In this document: piece after piece, positions 12,306 through 25,819 of the stretch
Layout: every line of letters begins with the position of its first letter
Numbering within the stretch: position 1 is the first letter of the stretch
Assembly (NCBI RefSeq): GCF_001194135.2
Contig: NC_068992.1
Span: 44,421,151-44,485,150 of the forward strand
Reading direction: 5' to 3'
Length of the DNA stretch: 64,000 bases
Source of the DNA: Octopus bimaculoides
Taxonomy: Eukaryota
Translations under genes and position numbers: made by a program
The notes under the pieces: generated by a model
Seen by the model: only the letters and a program-made list of their open reading frames with translations
What the model was told of the DNA's origin: nothing
The model's database searches: none

Positions 12306-12810
12306 TCTGTTCTATGTTAGCCTCGTCTGAGCATACTAATCACTGTGATAGGTTTGGTCAGTATTTCCTTTGGACTATATGCCATTAATTTGGACACTAT
12401 ATCAGAAGAACTGGCGGGAATATAAGACTGCCAAAGTAGTAGAAAATTAAGACATCACTGTTCTTTGGGACTTTAGAATTCAAACTGATCCAGCTATTCA
12501 GGTCAGTAGATCAGATATCGTGGTAAAAATATCATATTGACAAAATATGTGTGATCATAGATGTCTCAATCTCAGCAGACTGCAACACTTCTGTGAAGAC
12601 ATTTAAAAAGTTAAGTATGTACAAAGATCTGAGATGGAGGATTCAAAAATGTGACATCTAAGAACAACTGTGCCTGTGAAGCCTTAGAGATAATACCAAA
12701 TGATACTCTTAAACACTATGAACAAATACTAGGAAAACCAAAAGTATCAAAACTACAAAAGGTTTTATTTTCCTAGGTGCTGCCCACATCCTAAAAAGGA
12801 AAAACACTGC
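12305..12810 (+). mobile_element. Decayed R4/Dong-clade non-LTR retrotransposon C-terminus (restriction-like endonuclease)
   Basis: Frameshifted translation CSMLASSEHTNHCDRFGQYFLWTICH ... KVVEN*DITVLWDFRIQTDPAIQVSRSDIVVK ... IIDVSISADCN...KKLSMYKDL ... LQKVLFLGAAHIL matches the R4-type WD..IQTD....RPDIVV / IDV.IP.D.N / K..KY.DL motifs. Confidence 0.85.
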
Positions 12811-13032
12811 CAGTCTGAGAATATCTGCATGTTTTAAACTCTTTCACTATCGCAAGTATTACAGCAAGGGGCTTTAAACAAGGACATCTTAATTCTCAGC
12901 ATTTAGTCTCCTTTTCCTGAAATATATTGTTGCTCATAAATAACGGCCAGAGAAAAAGGCCAGCTTGCTGTAATATGAGATCTCTGGGCGAGATTTAGAA
13001 CAGCTCGTATAAGACAAAGCAACAGCGAGAAC

Positions 13033-13101
<69 letters not shown>

Positions 13102-13473
13102 NNNNNNNNNNNNNNNNNNNNNNNNNNNNNNNNNNNNNNNNNNNNNNNNNNNNNNNNNNNNNNNNNNNNNNNNNNNNNNNNNNNNNNNNNNNNNNNNNNN
13201 NNAGCATTCGATAAGTGTGTATCCTTAAAGTAAATTTCAAGCAGAATCCGCAAAATATAGTATGCGAAATGCAGTATCTTTTTTGAATTATTCGCACAAT
13301 CCACCCAAGGAACTTCTAAACGGGTTGTGTCTATATAATTTCACTCACAAGGTATGGGACAATTCGAGGCTACGAAAGATGACATTTGACCAAGATACCC
13401 CGATCGAACTTGCGGTCTCGTGTTTATGAAGCGAACTTCTGAACCATTACACCATACTGTACTCACACACACA

Positions 13474-13512
<39 letters not shown>

Positions 13513-14973
13513 ACGCACGCACGCACGCACATAGAGACACATGCACGCGCGCACACAGACACTTACACACGCGCACGAATAAAGATGCGTGTAATCGTGT
13601 GTGTGAGTGTGTGCGCGTGTGTGAGCGTGTATGTATGTAGATATATGTGTGTCTGACTCTGTGTGTGTGAGTGACTATCTAAGTTTGGTAATATAAACTC
13701 AATACGTAAAGCAGAATTTAAACATATTAATCTGTTAGCTGTAAAGCTTAATAAGTGATTCGAGGGCTCGGATTTCGTACGTGACATATATCAAATTCGA
13801 TAAGTACTGTTGCACGAAAGTCTAGGCCCCCGAGTCAATTATGTAGCTTTATAGTTGATAAATAAGTAACATATGAATGTGTATGTGTGTGTGTGTATTT
13901 AATGACTGAAAGGCATGGAAAGAGAGAAAAGGAGAGAAAGAGAGAAATCTGTGTGCGTGTCTGTGTGGGCGGAAGACAAGAATGTTGTGAGTCATTACAT
14001 AGACACGGGAGTACGGTACTCATTAGAGGTTGCTATATATAATTCAGAACAATTAATTTTATCAACATCAAACACATCTGCTCACTCATCATTCCCTCGC
14101 TAAACATTACAGCCAATCACATTTTTAACAGGATTCTTCAGGAATATACCCACAACCCCAATACACTCTTCGATTAATTAAAATCAGAATATTAGCCTCA
14201 TTAATCACATAGTACTGCTAATCTCCACCTTTAGAAGATCCACGGTCACATGTCCGATATACATACATACATACATACAAATACACACACACACACATAC
14301 ATACATAAATACATACATACACACACATGTATATATACGTGCGTATATACATATGTATTGTATATAATACATACAAGTGTGAGTATAAAATATACTTATA
14401 TATAATTGTGTATATACATATACATGCAAATGATATACATATATATCTACAGACACACAGACACATACATACACCCACATATATCAGCAAATTGATTATA
14501 TATCAATATATATCAATAAATAAATAAATAAATAAATTTATATCTATCAATATATATCAATATATATATATATGTATATATATATATATCTGCTGTTAAT
14601 TGTTTTATTGTGGTTATCCATCTGTATATTATGTACACACCCACCTAAGTTGAGATAGCGTTTGAAACAATTTTCAAATTCACGTGCGTTGAATCCTGAA
14701 TGTTTGTAAAGGTCACCGTTGCTGTACTTTGAGTTTTATATAGCAATAGAACTTGCCAAGTGTTGTAAAATCACGTGTGAAGGTTAACTCAATTATTTAG
14801 GTGTCTTTCATGTTTTCACAATGAACTATTTACCTCAAGCCACAGCGCTTTGTCCTTGGCTGACTTCCACTGCAGGCGTTAAGCAATATAACATTTATTT
14901 AAATCTTGACTATACTATATTACTGGAATTTTGCGCGCTTATCCGATAACATTCACTGCTTGTCTACAACGAA

Positions 14974-15016
<43 letters not shown>

Positions 15017-15053
15017 NNNNNNNNNNNNNNNNNNNNNNNNNNNNNNNNNNNNN

Positions 15054-15120
<67 letters not shown>

Positions 15121-15479
15121 CATAGACATGTGTGTGTGTGTGCACCGTTACATAATAAATATAATTATACACTCAGACACACATACACACACATATGTAG
15201 AACGCATCAGCCATATCTTTCTAGCAAGTACCACACATACACTTTCACACACACATACAACATATTTGGAATGTTTGTTACTCAGTTTAAGATTTAATAG
15301 CTGAATAGATGGAGTTACTGTCTGTCTTCTCAGTAGATTGTCACCGAAACTTGCCCAGATAAATAGTTGAAGCTTATTTTTTTTTGTATCGTTTGTATAT
15401 ATATATATATTTTTATTTACGAAAACAAATTCAACAATTCGACGTAACTTCGTGTGCGACATATTTATACATGCTAGCA

Positions 15480-15619
<140 letters not shown>

Positions 15620-16936
15620 GGAACAAAAACGCAATAGAGAACAATAAAACATCCGGACAGATAGACGATACAAGCAGGAGAGGAAAAACAACAATTATAG
15701 GGACAGGTAAAAAAAATGACAGGTCATTCGTGGCTTTCTTTCGTCAGTCAAGTTACCAGATGTCCCTACAGTTTCGGGCAGTTACACTTGAGACTGTTAT
15801 GCAATACATTCTACCAATGAAATCTCCACCTGATTAAGAAGGCAAAAACATCCGGTTCCAAGTTTCCTTATCTCTCACACATTGTACCTCAGATATAGTT
15901 GGTGGATTTAGATAATCGTTTGTTTATTTATCTGTTTTACGCAATATTACCTCGGTCATTGTACCTTATGAGATGGTAGAACGAAGAAATAGGCGGAGGA
16001 GTATGTAACAATGAATATGCTATCGATGAAATCCTATTTGTGTCAAAAATTATTTATCGTGCCATATTACCATCAACTCTCGACATGTCATATGACATTT
16101 CACACAAACCATTTTTACTTATCTCGTAGAGGAATTTCTTGGACTATCTTTTTCAGATTCATGCGGCACTTTTCTGATTCTGCTTGGGCACAAGACTTGA
16201 AGTTTTGAGGATGGGTTAGCCAATTACATAAACACCAGTGCTGAATTGGCTCAACTTATTTTATTGACCACAAAGAGATGAAAACCAAATACTAATCTTT
16301 GCGGAATTTAAACTGAAAACATAAAACGAAGAAAAATGACTTTTAGCATTTTGTCTGGATTGCTATTGATTCTGTCACCTCATCGCCTTCATGTCAAAAA
16401 GAAAACTTTATAATCCTCTTGTTGGCTAGGCGCTTCAAGCAGCATACCTCAAGAGAAGGAAATAGCTTCACTATTGTTTATACACTGATATTTCTGCGTT
16501 GGTGGCGAAAATGATGGTAGTTGCTGTGTTGTTAGTGGCGGCTGCTGTGCTGGGAGTAGGATGGATATTTTTTTAAGCTATGACGGTGAAAGGATATCAG
16601 AATGTGGCTAAATCTTGATCAATCTTTCGCCACAAATCGTGTTTGATCTTTTGGTCACACCTACGATCCTAGAACAAATCTCAGATAGCATTCGTCTGAA
16701 TTAAGGGAAGGCAAATGAATATTGTAGTGGAGAGCAAGAGTCTTAGGTGTCATGTAAGTTGCTTCGGGAACAGTAAAAGGATGTGAAATCCTCTCTTACT
16801 ACCAATCTCATGACAGCAACAAGAACATTGGAGACAGCATCAGCAACAATTACAACAACGACCACAACTTCGTAGACCATAGCAAAAGCCAAAACAAACT
16901 TACTCGGTTTACTTTGTATACTTTATCCCTGTAAAT

Positions 16937-17029
<93 letters not shown>

Positions 17030-17534
17030 CACATGCGCATAGATATGACTCTTCATTGATTCTCATGAAAAGTCGAAAGGAAGTTCGAAAGATGATGGGT
17101 AATGGGATAAAAGAAAAACGTTAATGACCGCTCGAAAGGTATACACAGATTAACAATAAATAACGCTTTTCAAGAACTACAACGTAATGGGTTTCTGTTA
17201 AGTATTGCGCCAGAAGTATTTAGAAAATTATCAGAAAGTTTCTACGATGCTGTAAGACTGTTCCGAGAAAGGATAGTTAATGCAATACTGTAAGGGACTT
17301 TTAGAGACTCTCGAAAACCGGCTTAACCAGTTGTCGTATATGTTCAATAAATGTTCTTTTCCATGTCCAGTACTTTACCCCCACGTAGCCATACTAAGAC
17401 CACACTAAGGGAATTCTGGTAATCTAGGATCCCTTTCATTATTCAGTGGTATAATACAATATATGTTTTAGAGGATGTCGATATTTTGACGTTCATGCTT
17501 TTCCACGTGTTTCAAAAAGATCTCGAACTTGTGC

Positions 17535-17600
17535 TTTTGCGTTAGAAACGTTTGTGTCCTGAGTTCAAATCCCGCAGAGGCCGACTTTATTTTTTATCAG
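17535..17600 (+). mobile_element. Fragment of a third SINE family (family C; GAGTTCAAAT.CCGC.GAGGTCGACTTT box-B region)
   Basis: CTGAGTTCAAATCCCGCAGAGGCCGACTTT; related degenerate copies near 22010, 26645, 32750 and (minus) 56230-56290. Confidence 0.55.
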
Positions 17601-17804
17601 CGTTTTGTAGCCGATAAAATAAGCACTGAGGTATATTCATCCGACCATCTAGTGCTATTCGGAGCAATCATATGTATATTTTTGGCACAATTCAACAAAT
17701 TTATTTCAATTATAAAGACTGTGAGATTATGTAGGATTAATGCCTTCTGGCTGGAATATATTGACTTCAATCGAGAAACACTGATATTTGTGCAAGACGA
17801 CAAA

Positions 17805-18110
17805 GGTTCGGGTATTTAGGTCTGGTATTCCTTGTCCTGCTATATTATTCTGAGACTTGGACGCTTTCCGGAGTCCTTAGGAGCTGTCTGAAGTCCTTTG
17901 GTAGCAGGACGCTTCGCTGGATTATGGGTTACCATTATTCGGATTTCGTATCTGACCAACAACTTTACTCAGAAACTGGAATGCGACCTGTTACTTGTAT
18001 GATTCTGAAGTACCAGCTCAGACTATTTAGCCATGTTGCTCGATTTCCCGAATTTGACTCTGTTTGCCGTGTTCACTTCACTGAAGATCCGACTGCCTTG
18101 CAATTGGGCA
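17805..18110 (+). mobile_element. Decayed RTE-clade LINE, post-RT region
   Basis: TKVRVFRS..LLYYSETWTLSGVLRSCLKSFGSRTLRWIMGYHYSDFVSDQQLYSETGMRPVTCMILKYQLRLFSHVARFPE. Confidence 0.88.
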
Positions 18111-19041
18111 TACCCTAACACCTGATCTAACCTGAGAAACACAAGAAATGTGTTTCCCATCGAGATATATATGGAAAATATTTGGTAAAATGATTTCTGT
18201 GACAGACCACAGAGGCTGATGATGGGCTGTAACTAATTGTTTCTAGTTTCTCTTGGTTATACGAGTGAGAGACAAATCTGCCCCTAGATCAGACACCAAT
18301 CTCTTAGAGGTAACTTTTACAGAAGTTCTGGTACATAGGCACATAAACCAAAGGGTAGGTGTTCTGTTTTCTGTTGCAATGAAAAACTTGCAGAATTTTT
18401 GGACCTTTAAAAGGTACAGCGGCTGTTCAATAGCCTCCCATCGAGGCATTAGATACTCCACTGATTGTGTTACACTATACCCAGACTCTGATTCATCCAT
18501 ACACAAATTCATTGTATTACTGATTACCCAATCCGCCTACCCATAGACTATTAGTGTTAGTTGAGTTTATTATTTCTTATCTGGTGAATGTTTGGTAAAC
18601 AATGACTTTCAGAGCTGATCAATTCAATTAACGGGGAAACAATGAAATGTTTTGTCACAAACAACCTTTATCTTACACTCTCACCTTGATAATGAATCTC
18701 GTTGAGAAACTACTACTCATTCTATTTCGATTGAAAAAACACTTACAATATTACCACCACCCCACACACACACTACACTACACACACACACACACACACA
18801 CACACNNNNNNNNNNNNNNNNNNNNNNNNNNNNNNNNNNNNNNNNNNNNNNNNNNNNNNNNNNNNNNNNNNNNNNNNNNNNNNNNNNNNNNNNNNNNNNN
18901 NNNNNNNNNNNNNNNNNNNNNNNNNNNNNNNNNNNNNNNNNNNNNNNNNNNNNNNNNNNNNNNNNNNNNNNNNNNNNNNNNNNNNNNNNNNNNNNNNNNN
19001 NNNNNNNNNNNNNNNNNNNNNNNNNNNNNNNNNNNNNNNNN

Positions 19042-19097
<56 letters not shown>

Positions 19098-19621
19098 GCC
19101 GATCAATTGGATAGAAGAAAGAAAGTAGACCAACCGAATTTTCAAATTCAGCCCAACCTTTTATCTAATCAATCGGTAACTGTATACTACAGTATGGTAG
19201 ATTTCAGTTAGAGGTAAATGTGTGGCACTGAACGATAGCATGTTGTAATATAGTAATTAAGTGTTGTTGTTGACCTCTAAATCGTCTCTAATCGGATAGA
19301 CCTATGATCCCAGTGCAATCTAATACGGACCACTCCGTTTTTCAGACATCGTATTTAGAACTAAATTACCAATGAGTTTCCCCTAAACAGGAGTAGAATT
19401 AACTAACAAAAAGTATTAAAGTCAGAGAAAGTTTGCTGTCTTCGAGGATTCTTGTCATCGAACGAAGGATATCTCAAGTACTTCATAAATCATAATGAAT
19501 TAAAATTAATTATTGTTATTAGTTTCTTTTATTTATCAATTAATCATTTAACTCATGACTTTCATATCTAATTACATGTGATTTATTAGTGACGGTCATA
19601 TCTATCTATTAATTGGAAGTG

Positions 19622-20016
19622 TTAAGGTTGTGAGCAGCCAGAATCATTAGATTGTGGGGACATAATGGCTGTCTTCAAGACAGCTGCGTTCTTGAATTGC
19701 TGTTCACGGTATTCTTGCTGCTGTTGTAACAGCTGCTGCTGCAACTGTTGTTGTTGATTCACAGCGGAAGTTAGTAGTTCTTCCATTTTGACACTCCTAC
19801 CTTGTTACCACTGTTATAACGACACCATTATACAGTGGGAAGTATCCTCATCGCCACTGATATGACGTACGACTTCTCATCGTCACTGTTATGTCTGAAC
19901 TGTTATACTATCAAACGTTCTCTTATTACTCTCCAACTGTGTATCTTCAACAAGCACTCCACGATATCTCTATTCAATAATTCCTACGACCTGTACACTA
20001 TGACTGCACATATGAC
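19622..20016 (-). mobile_element. Truncated Gypsy-type LTR retrotransposon 5' end (short LTR, PBS, gag start)
   Basis: Minus strand: TGTCATATG...CATATCA (~160 bp, TG...CA), then PBS TGGCGATGAGGAT (19856-19844), then ORF 19786-19622 MEELLTSAVNQQQQLQQQLLQQQQEYREQQF... Confidence 0.65.
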
Positions 20017-20021
20017 ACTCT

Positions 20022-21010
20022 AATTTCTTTATTTGGCAACTAAGGGCCCAACATAGAGGGGACAATACAAAGACAGACAAAACATTTAAATGTGCATTTT
20101 CCCTTTTCTTTTTTTACAAAATTATAGTTCAATACATTCGTTTAAAAATTTTGATTATTACAAGTAACGATGTTTAAAAATGTAATTTATCAGGGCTCAT
20201 AGGCCCACCACCGTTGACCAACGTTTCCTTTTTTCCGTTAAGGGCGGCTGAGCTTAGCCGGGTCCATCCATTCCTAACTTTCTCTCTACGTTTATCCATC
20301 TTTTCCGAAACATGCTATGCAACAGGTATCTCCTTTCCAACAGGATCTTACTTTTTAGTTGATGGTTAAAATAATTAACTATACCCCGGCCAGAAATGAA
20401 GGCACCTGTCACAATTCCTTTTCCGTGCGTCTTCCGCACCATATCTTTCAATATGGCTAAGATGCAGAAAAAACTGTCTTTTCCTTCCCTGTTAAGGGAA
20501 GAGTGCGGAACAATCTTGATAATTGATTCAGCCGACACCTGTATTCGTCTTTTCGGTGACAACAGTTGTTCAACATAGGTTATCAATCCCTTTAACTCCA
20601 CCCACTCCACGAAGGCGTACAGAACAGTTTCACTGTTCCACCGCACCTCGAGCATGTCGGCGAGATGGCACTACCGTGCCATGACAACCTCTCTCGAACA
20701 AGTAAAGCCAATCGATAGCAAAACCAGGCCAGGGATTTCTGGTAATTATCCAGACACCCCAGCCCGAAAGTCCTCCTGAACAGGTTGACCAAACTCATTT
20801 CTATCGAAGCCAAGCCCAGAGTCTCCCCCAGGACATCGTCGGACATGTATTCCACTAACCCGTTATAAAAGACCCCTAGCATCTTAACAGGACCTTCTGT
20901 CCAACGTCCCAAAGATCTGCTCGAAAACTTAGGACACTTTCTTTCACGAAACAAAGTTTGAAGTTGAATCAACAACAGACAACCAATACGAGCTCTAAGT
21001 GCCTTCACAG
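20022..21010 (-). mobile_element. L1/Tx1-clade LINE, internally deleted, with 3' end
   Basis: LGRWTEGPVKMLGV (RT), then DNYQKSLAWFCYRLALLVRERLSWHGSAISPTCSRCGG / ETVLYAFVE (zinc finger) and C-terminal NYFNHQLKSKILLERR...FRKRW; AATAAA near 20030 on minus. Sequence up to ~21700 may be ORF1. Confidence 0.85.
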
Positions 21011-22932
21011 TTTATGTTTTGTGAGAGGTGGAGTCTTAATTTTTCGTGCAAGTCTTAGTTTCTGACAAACATTTTTCCCAGTTTAAGGGCGTTCCTTTAA
21101 ATGTCAGAAATCTCTCAACACATTTAGTTTCACGTTTTTCTGAAGCATTTCCCTTCTTCTCTTTCGATACAGTATCAACGACTTCTACTTTTTCGTAGTT
21201 ACCTAGTTAGAAAAATATTACTAACACCCATATTACAGAGCAATGGATTGACAAAATCGTTAGTGTCGGTCAAAATGTTCTTTGTGTTGTAGTTTCAAAT
21301 CTCGCCGTCAAAATAAAGCTTCAATCAACGACTCGCCTCAGACAAATCTTTGCCCAACCGTGGGTCACTTACGACAAGGAAAGTGACACACAGTTTGGCA
21401 TGCATTGTTTTCACATCAATATCATTCATCAGTAACACTTTAAAATATTGTTCAACACAATATACAAACGTCCAATCATTCACTTTCCCGCACACACACA
21501 TTACAACTCTTTCTCCCTCTCTGAAAGTGGACTTCATGTTTAGAGAACAAAAGCAAGACATCGACAGTCGTATTCCCGGTCACATGTCTTCATCTGTTAT
21601 GATTTTTTGGCACATGTCAGTAAAACCAACTTTTTGTAATCCCGTGCTCATGTGTCTGTGAGAAAAATCACCTTAACTTCCAAACACGTGCAAAACAAGT
21701 CTTATGTGGAGCATAATGATGTAAAAAAAAAAAACACCAGAGATTTCTACACACAAAAAAGACTCGTGTATGTACCAATTACTTTAGATTTATATAAACG
21801 TGTATAATCTAGATATAGCAAGATTCAGGTTTGTGAGAAGAAACCAGTTGATAGTGTATGGGAATCTTCTCAGCCATTCTTTCAATAGAATTAAATATTC
21901 TCAAGTATTTCCTTGTCCATAGTGTGTCACTTTGAACAAATTCAAATAAGTGCAAGGTCAGAATAACTTTTTGGTAGTTGTGAGTTTTGTTCTTCTATAT
22001 TTAATGTTCAAATCCTACTGAGGTCGATTTTATAGTCATTCTTCTGGGATCAATAGAAACAACTCTATACATAAAGTAAATTCAGTCGACAAAATCCATT
22101 CCCTGCAAACTGGCGACGACAGAAAAAGAAATCACTGTCAAATATTTTTGTTCTCCCCCTTACTGATCCATCGAGCTATTTATCCAGCTTATGAGTTAAA
22201 AAAAACACCAAGGTTTTGGCTTTTAAACAGCAGAACTCTGTGGTTATAAACAACCAGCGACGGTGAGTTATGGTAAGTTTTAGTCAAGACCCTATCGTCG
22301 AAGAATTTGCTTTGTCCAAAAACATCAGTGGGTGAGGTCACTACCTAAGCACGAGGCAAAGTCTTACAGAAGAATCAAAGTTTATTGATGTACAGCTTTC
22401 AATATTCGGATATCAAATATAGCAGGATTATTCGAACTCACAATGGAATAGTAAACTTTCTACTTCCTATTTCACAACACTTTACGCACGCACGTACGCA
22501 CACGCACACACACCCACTCACAAACATATACACACATCTTCAAACGTACATATATACAAGCAGGTGCACATAAGTAGGTGCAGTACGGCCTAATGCTTAT
22601 GAAGTTAGTTCGCTTCGAATCAAAAGCTAATGTCATTTTCTATTGCCTCCGGTTGACGCACATCGTGTGAGTGAACTGGGAAGACGGAAACTGTAATGAA
22701 GCACGTCGGAGGATTGTTCCTTTGATCCAGAAGGTAGAGTCATGACAAACATTATATCCTGCTGATTCTGCACGAGAATTAGGTGACGGGTATACGTGCC
22801 TGTAGAAAACTCAACCATTCAGAGCAACTTAATTCAGTCGATAGAACAACTTAATCTTCATTGCCGAAGGACTGACATACATCAGCACCACATACACAAG
22901 CACACGCACAACCACACATGCACGCAGACACA

Positions 22933-23001
<69 letters not shown>

Positions 23002-25208
23002 ACACGCACGCATGTGATACTTCATTGCATCTCCGGGAGTTAACTCCCCATCGCTATAAATTGGTTAACCCCAACATACTAAAATGTTTAGACCTTACAG
23101 ACTAAAACTTGATTATATTCAAAGTTATTGTTCCTTTCTTTGCTATATCTTTTCTAAACTTAACTTCAAATGAGACCAAATAAGTTCAAAAATCAAACGT
23201 TACTGTTGAGTTCAAAATTAATGATTGTCCCTATAGGTATTGTTCTGTGAAGTGCATTCTAAGATACAGTCAGTTATCTAAGCCGGAGCTAAATTTAAAC
23301 TTGATCTGCTGACAGAGAAGCGTTTACTTTTACTTGTATGTGTGTGTTTCTTCTGCAAATAGCTGTCGCATTTGTCGTTTACAGTTGGTTCTGTGACGAC
23401 ATTAAATTTAGTGTTTGTTCATTGTTATTTATAGCTGACTTTGTTGCTGACTGCAACTGAAACAAATTCATTAATCGCCCTGGGAACTACAACGCCAGTG
23501 TTAATCGATAGGAAGCCAACACGTGTTCTCTGAAAGGAAACCTCGTTAATGTAGGTCATTGAACAAATGAATATTAATCAGTGGAGACTCATATCTATAA
23601 AACAGCTATAGCCGACTTCATAAATTTGAATTGTTTTATTTTTTGAGACAAACCCACGACTTCTACAAGGATCAGGAGTCAGTAACCAGTGGCCATTAGA
23701 AGCTCTGTTTTTTTTGTTCTTTCTTTTTCCCGGCTGCAAATATATATCAATTTGAGGGTGTATTTAAATTTTAGTAGATGTGCAGGTGTCGATTAGGCGC
23801 ATAAAACATTTATTTATGAATAAATTTATGGGTAGATACAATTAGTTCTTTGTTGGTAATCCAACACCGTCATTGATTCGATTCGTTTTCAGTTCAGTTT
23901 AATCAACGATTTTTCATCAATTTTTAACTTCATGCCTTGCCACTCTTGATTGTTTTTCTAACTTAATTTATTGCATTTTAGTGCATTTTTTTATTCAAAT
24001 AACTTCTAATCAACCTACCAACACCAAAAATGGAATACTTTCTGAGCTGGAACCCTTGCTTCTCCCAAAGACTTTTGCGCTTATTTTCCCACATCTTTTG
24101 TTTTTCGTTTTGGATCCTTTTCGTTTGCTTTTTAAATAAACAGTTTAGTAATCGAAAATACGAACCGAATCGAAATAGATTTGCTCCGACTNNNNNNNNN
24201 NNNNNNNNNNNNNNNNNNNNNNNNNNNNNNNNNNNNNNNNNNNNNNNNNNNNNNNNNNNNNNNNNNNNNNNNNNNNNNNNNNNNNNNNNNNNNNNNNNNN
24301 NNNNNNNNNNNNNNNNNNNNNNNNNNNNNNNNNNNNNNNNNNNNNNNNNNNNNNNNNNNNNNNNNNNNNNNNNNNNNNNNNNNNNNNNNNNNNNNNNNNN
24401 NNNNNNNNNNNNNNNNNNNNNNNNNNNNNNNNNNNNNNNNNNNNNNNNNNNNNNNNNNNNNNNNNNNNNNNNNNNNNNNNNNNNNNNNNNNNNNNNNNNN
24501 NNNNNNNNNNNNNNNNNNNNNNNNNNNNNNNNNNNNNNNNNNNNNNNNNNNNNNNNNNNNNNNNNNNNNNNNNNNNNNNNNNNNNNNNNNNNNNNNNNNN
24601 NNNNNNNNNNNNNNNNNNNNNNNNNNNNNNNNNNNNNNNNNNNNNNNNNNNNNNNNNNNNNNNNNNNNNNNNNNNNNNNNNNNNNNNNNNNNNNNNNNNN
24701 NNNNNNNNNNNNNNATATATATTATATATGTATAAATATTATTTATTATATATATATATATATATATATTATATATTACATTATTTATCATATATATATT
24801 ATTTATTATATATATATATACATATATTATTCATCATATATATTATATATTATCTATTATATATATATATATATTATTTATTATATATATATTATATATT
24901 ATATATATATATTATATTATTACATATATTATATATATACATACACACACAAATGATTAAATACTGATTTATTGTCTTTATTTTTTTAACACGATGTTGG
25001 TTAAATTATCGATCACCCATCTATGAGTCAGGCTGTACTGGGTTACAGGGTACAGGTAGCAGCCACAACTTACCCAGTATTTATAAATGATGTAAAATAA
25101 AGATATTTCCACGAAATCATAATGATTGCAAGGAAAGGTTCTAATTTCTGGTTTCCATGATGGTTGAATACATGTGCGATATGTCTTAACCTCATTAGGT
25201 CAATAGTG

Positions 25209-25819
25209 GGATCTTTTTTAAAACGGGGGCCACATTTTTCATTAACGAAACACTTTGAAACTTGGAACACTGGTACAATGTGTCATATAAAACATCTTTT
25301 TCTCTTAGTCTTCTTAAAAAAAAAAAGAAATCCAGAAGTTATTCCATGTTAAAGTTGTCGTATTTCTGTAATTTCAACCAATCACTGACGTCCATTCAGC
25401 CGATATACATTAAGTGCCGACTACATAAACAAACGATTCTGAAACAATTAACCCTAACCCTAACCCTAACCCTAACCCTAACCCTAACCCTAACCCTAAC
25501 ACTAACCCTAACCCTAGGGTTAGGGTTAGGGTTAGGGTTAAAGCAAATTTAAAATGAAAAAAGCAAATAAAACGAAGGTATGGAGATTAAATACGCTTTA
25601 CACCAAAGGAGTAAATGTAAACAACTGAATACTTGTCAGTGATTGGTTGAAATTATCGAAATAAGACAATTTTTTACATGAAATAAATTCGAATACAAAA
25701 ATATTTTTCTGTTCTATAACACAAAATAGATAAGTATACGAAGTTTGAAAGTCTTTCGGTACCAAAAACACTACGTAAAACATTAATGAAAAATGTGGCC
25801 CCCGTTTTAAAATAGATCC
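25209..25819 (+). mobile_element. Non-autonomous DNA transposon (MITE), Merlin-like, copy 1
   Basis: 37 bp TIR GGATCT(T/A)TTTTAAAACGGGGGCCACATTTTTCATTAA; perfect 8 bp TSD CAATAGTG (25201-25208 and 25820-25827); internal 21 bp IR TAATTTCAACCAATCACTGAC; central telomeric tract. Confidence 0.9.
25449..25540. repeat. Interstitial telomere-like repeat, (TAACCC)11 followed by (TAGGGT)4 in opposite orientation
   Basis: Directly visible; orientation flips at CCCTAGGG, axis 25515/25516. Confidence 0.97.

Noticed and set aside
23035-23048. 14 bp palindrome GGGAGTTAACTCCC as an NF-kB-like site
   Set aside because: Spacing does not fit the kB consensus; a few such palindromes can occur by chance in 64 kb.
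25449-25540. Ancient telomere-telomere chromosome fusion site
   Set aside because: The tract lies symmetrically inside a TIR element with a TSD and a second copy elsewhere in the window.
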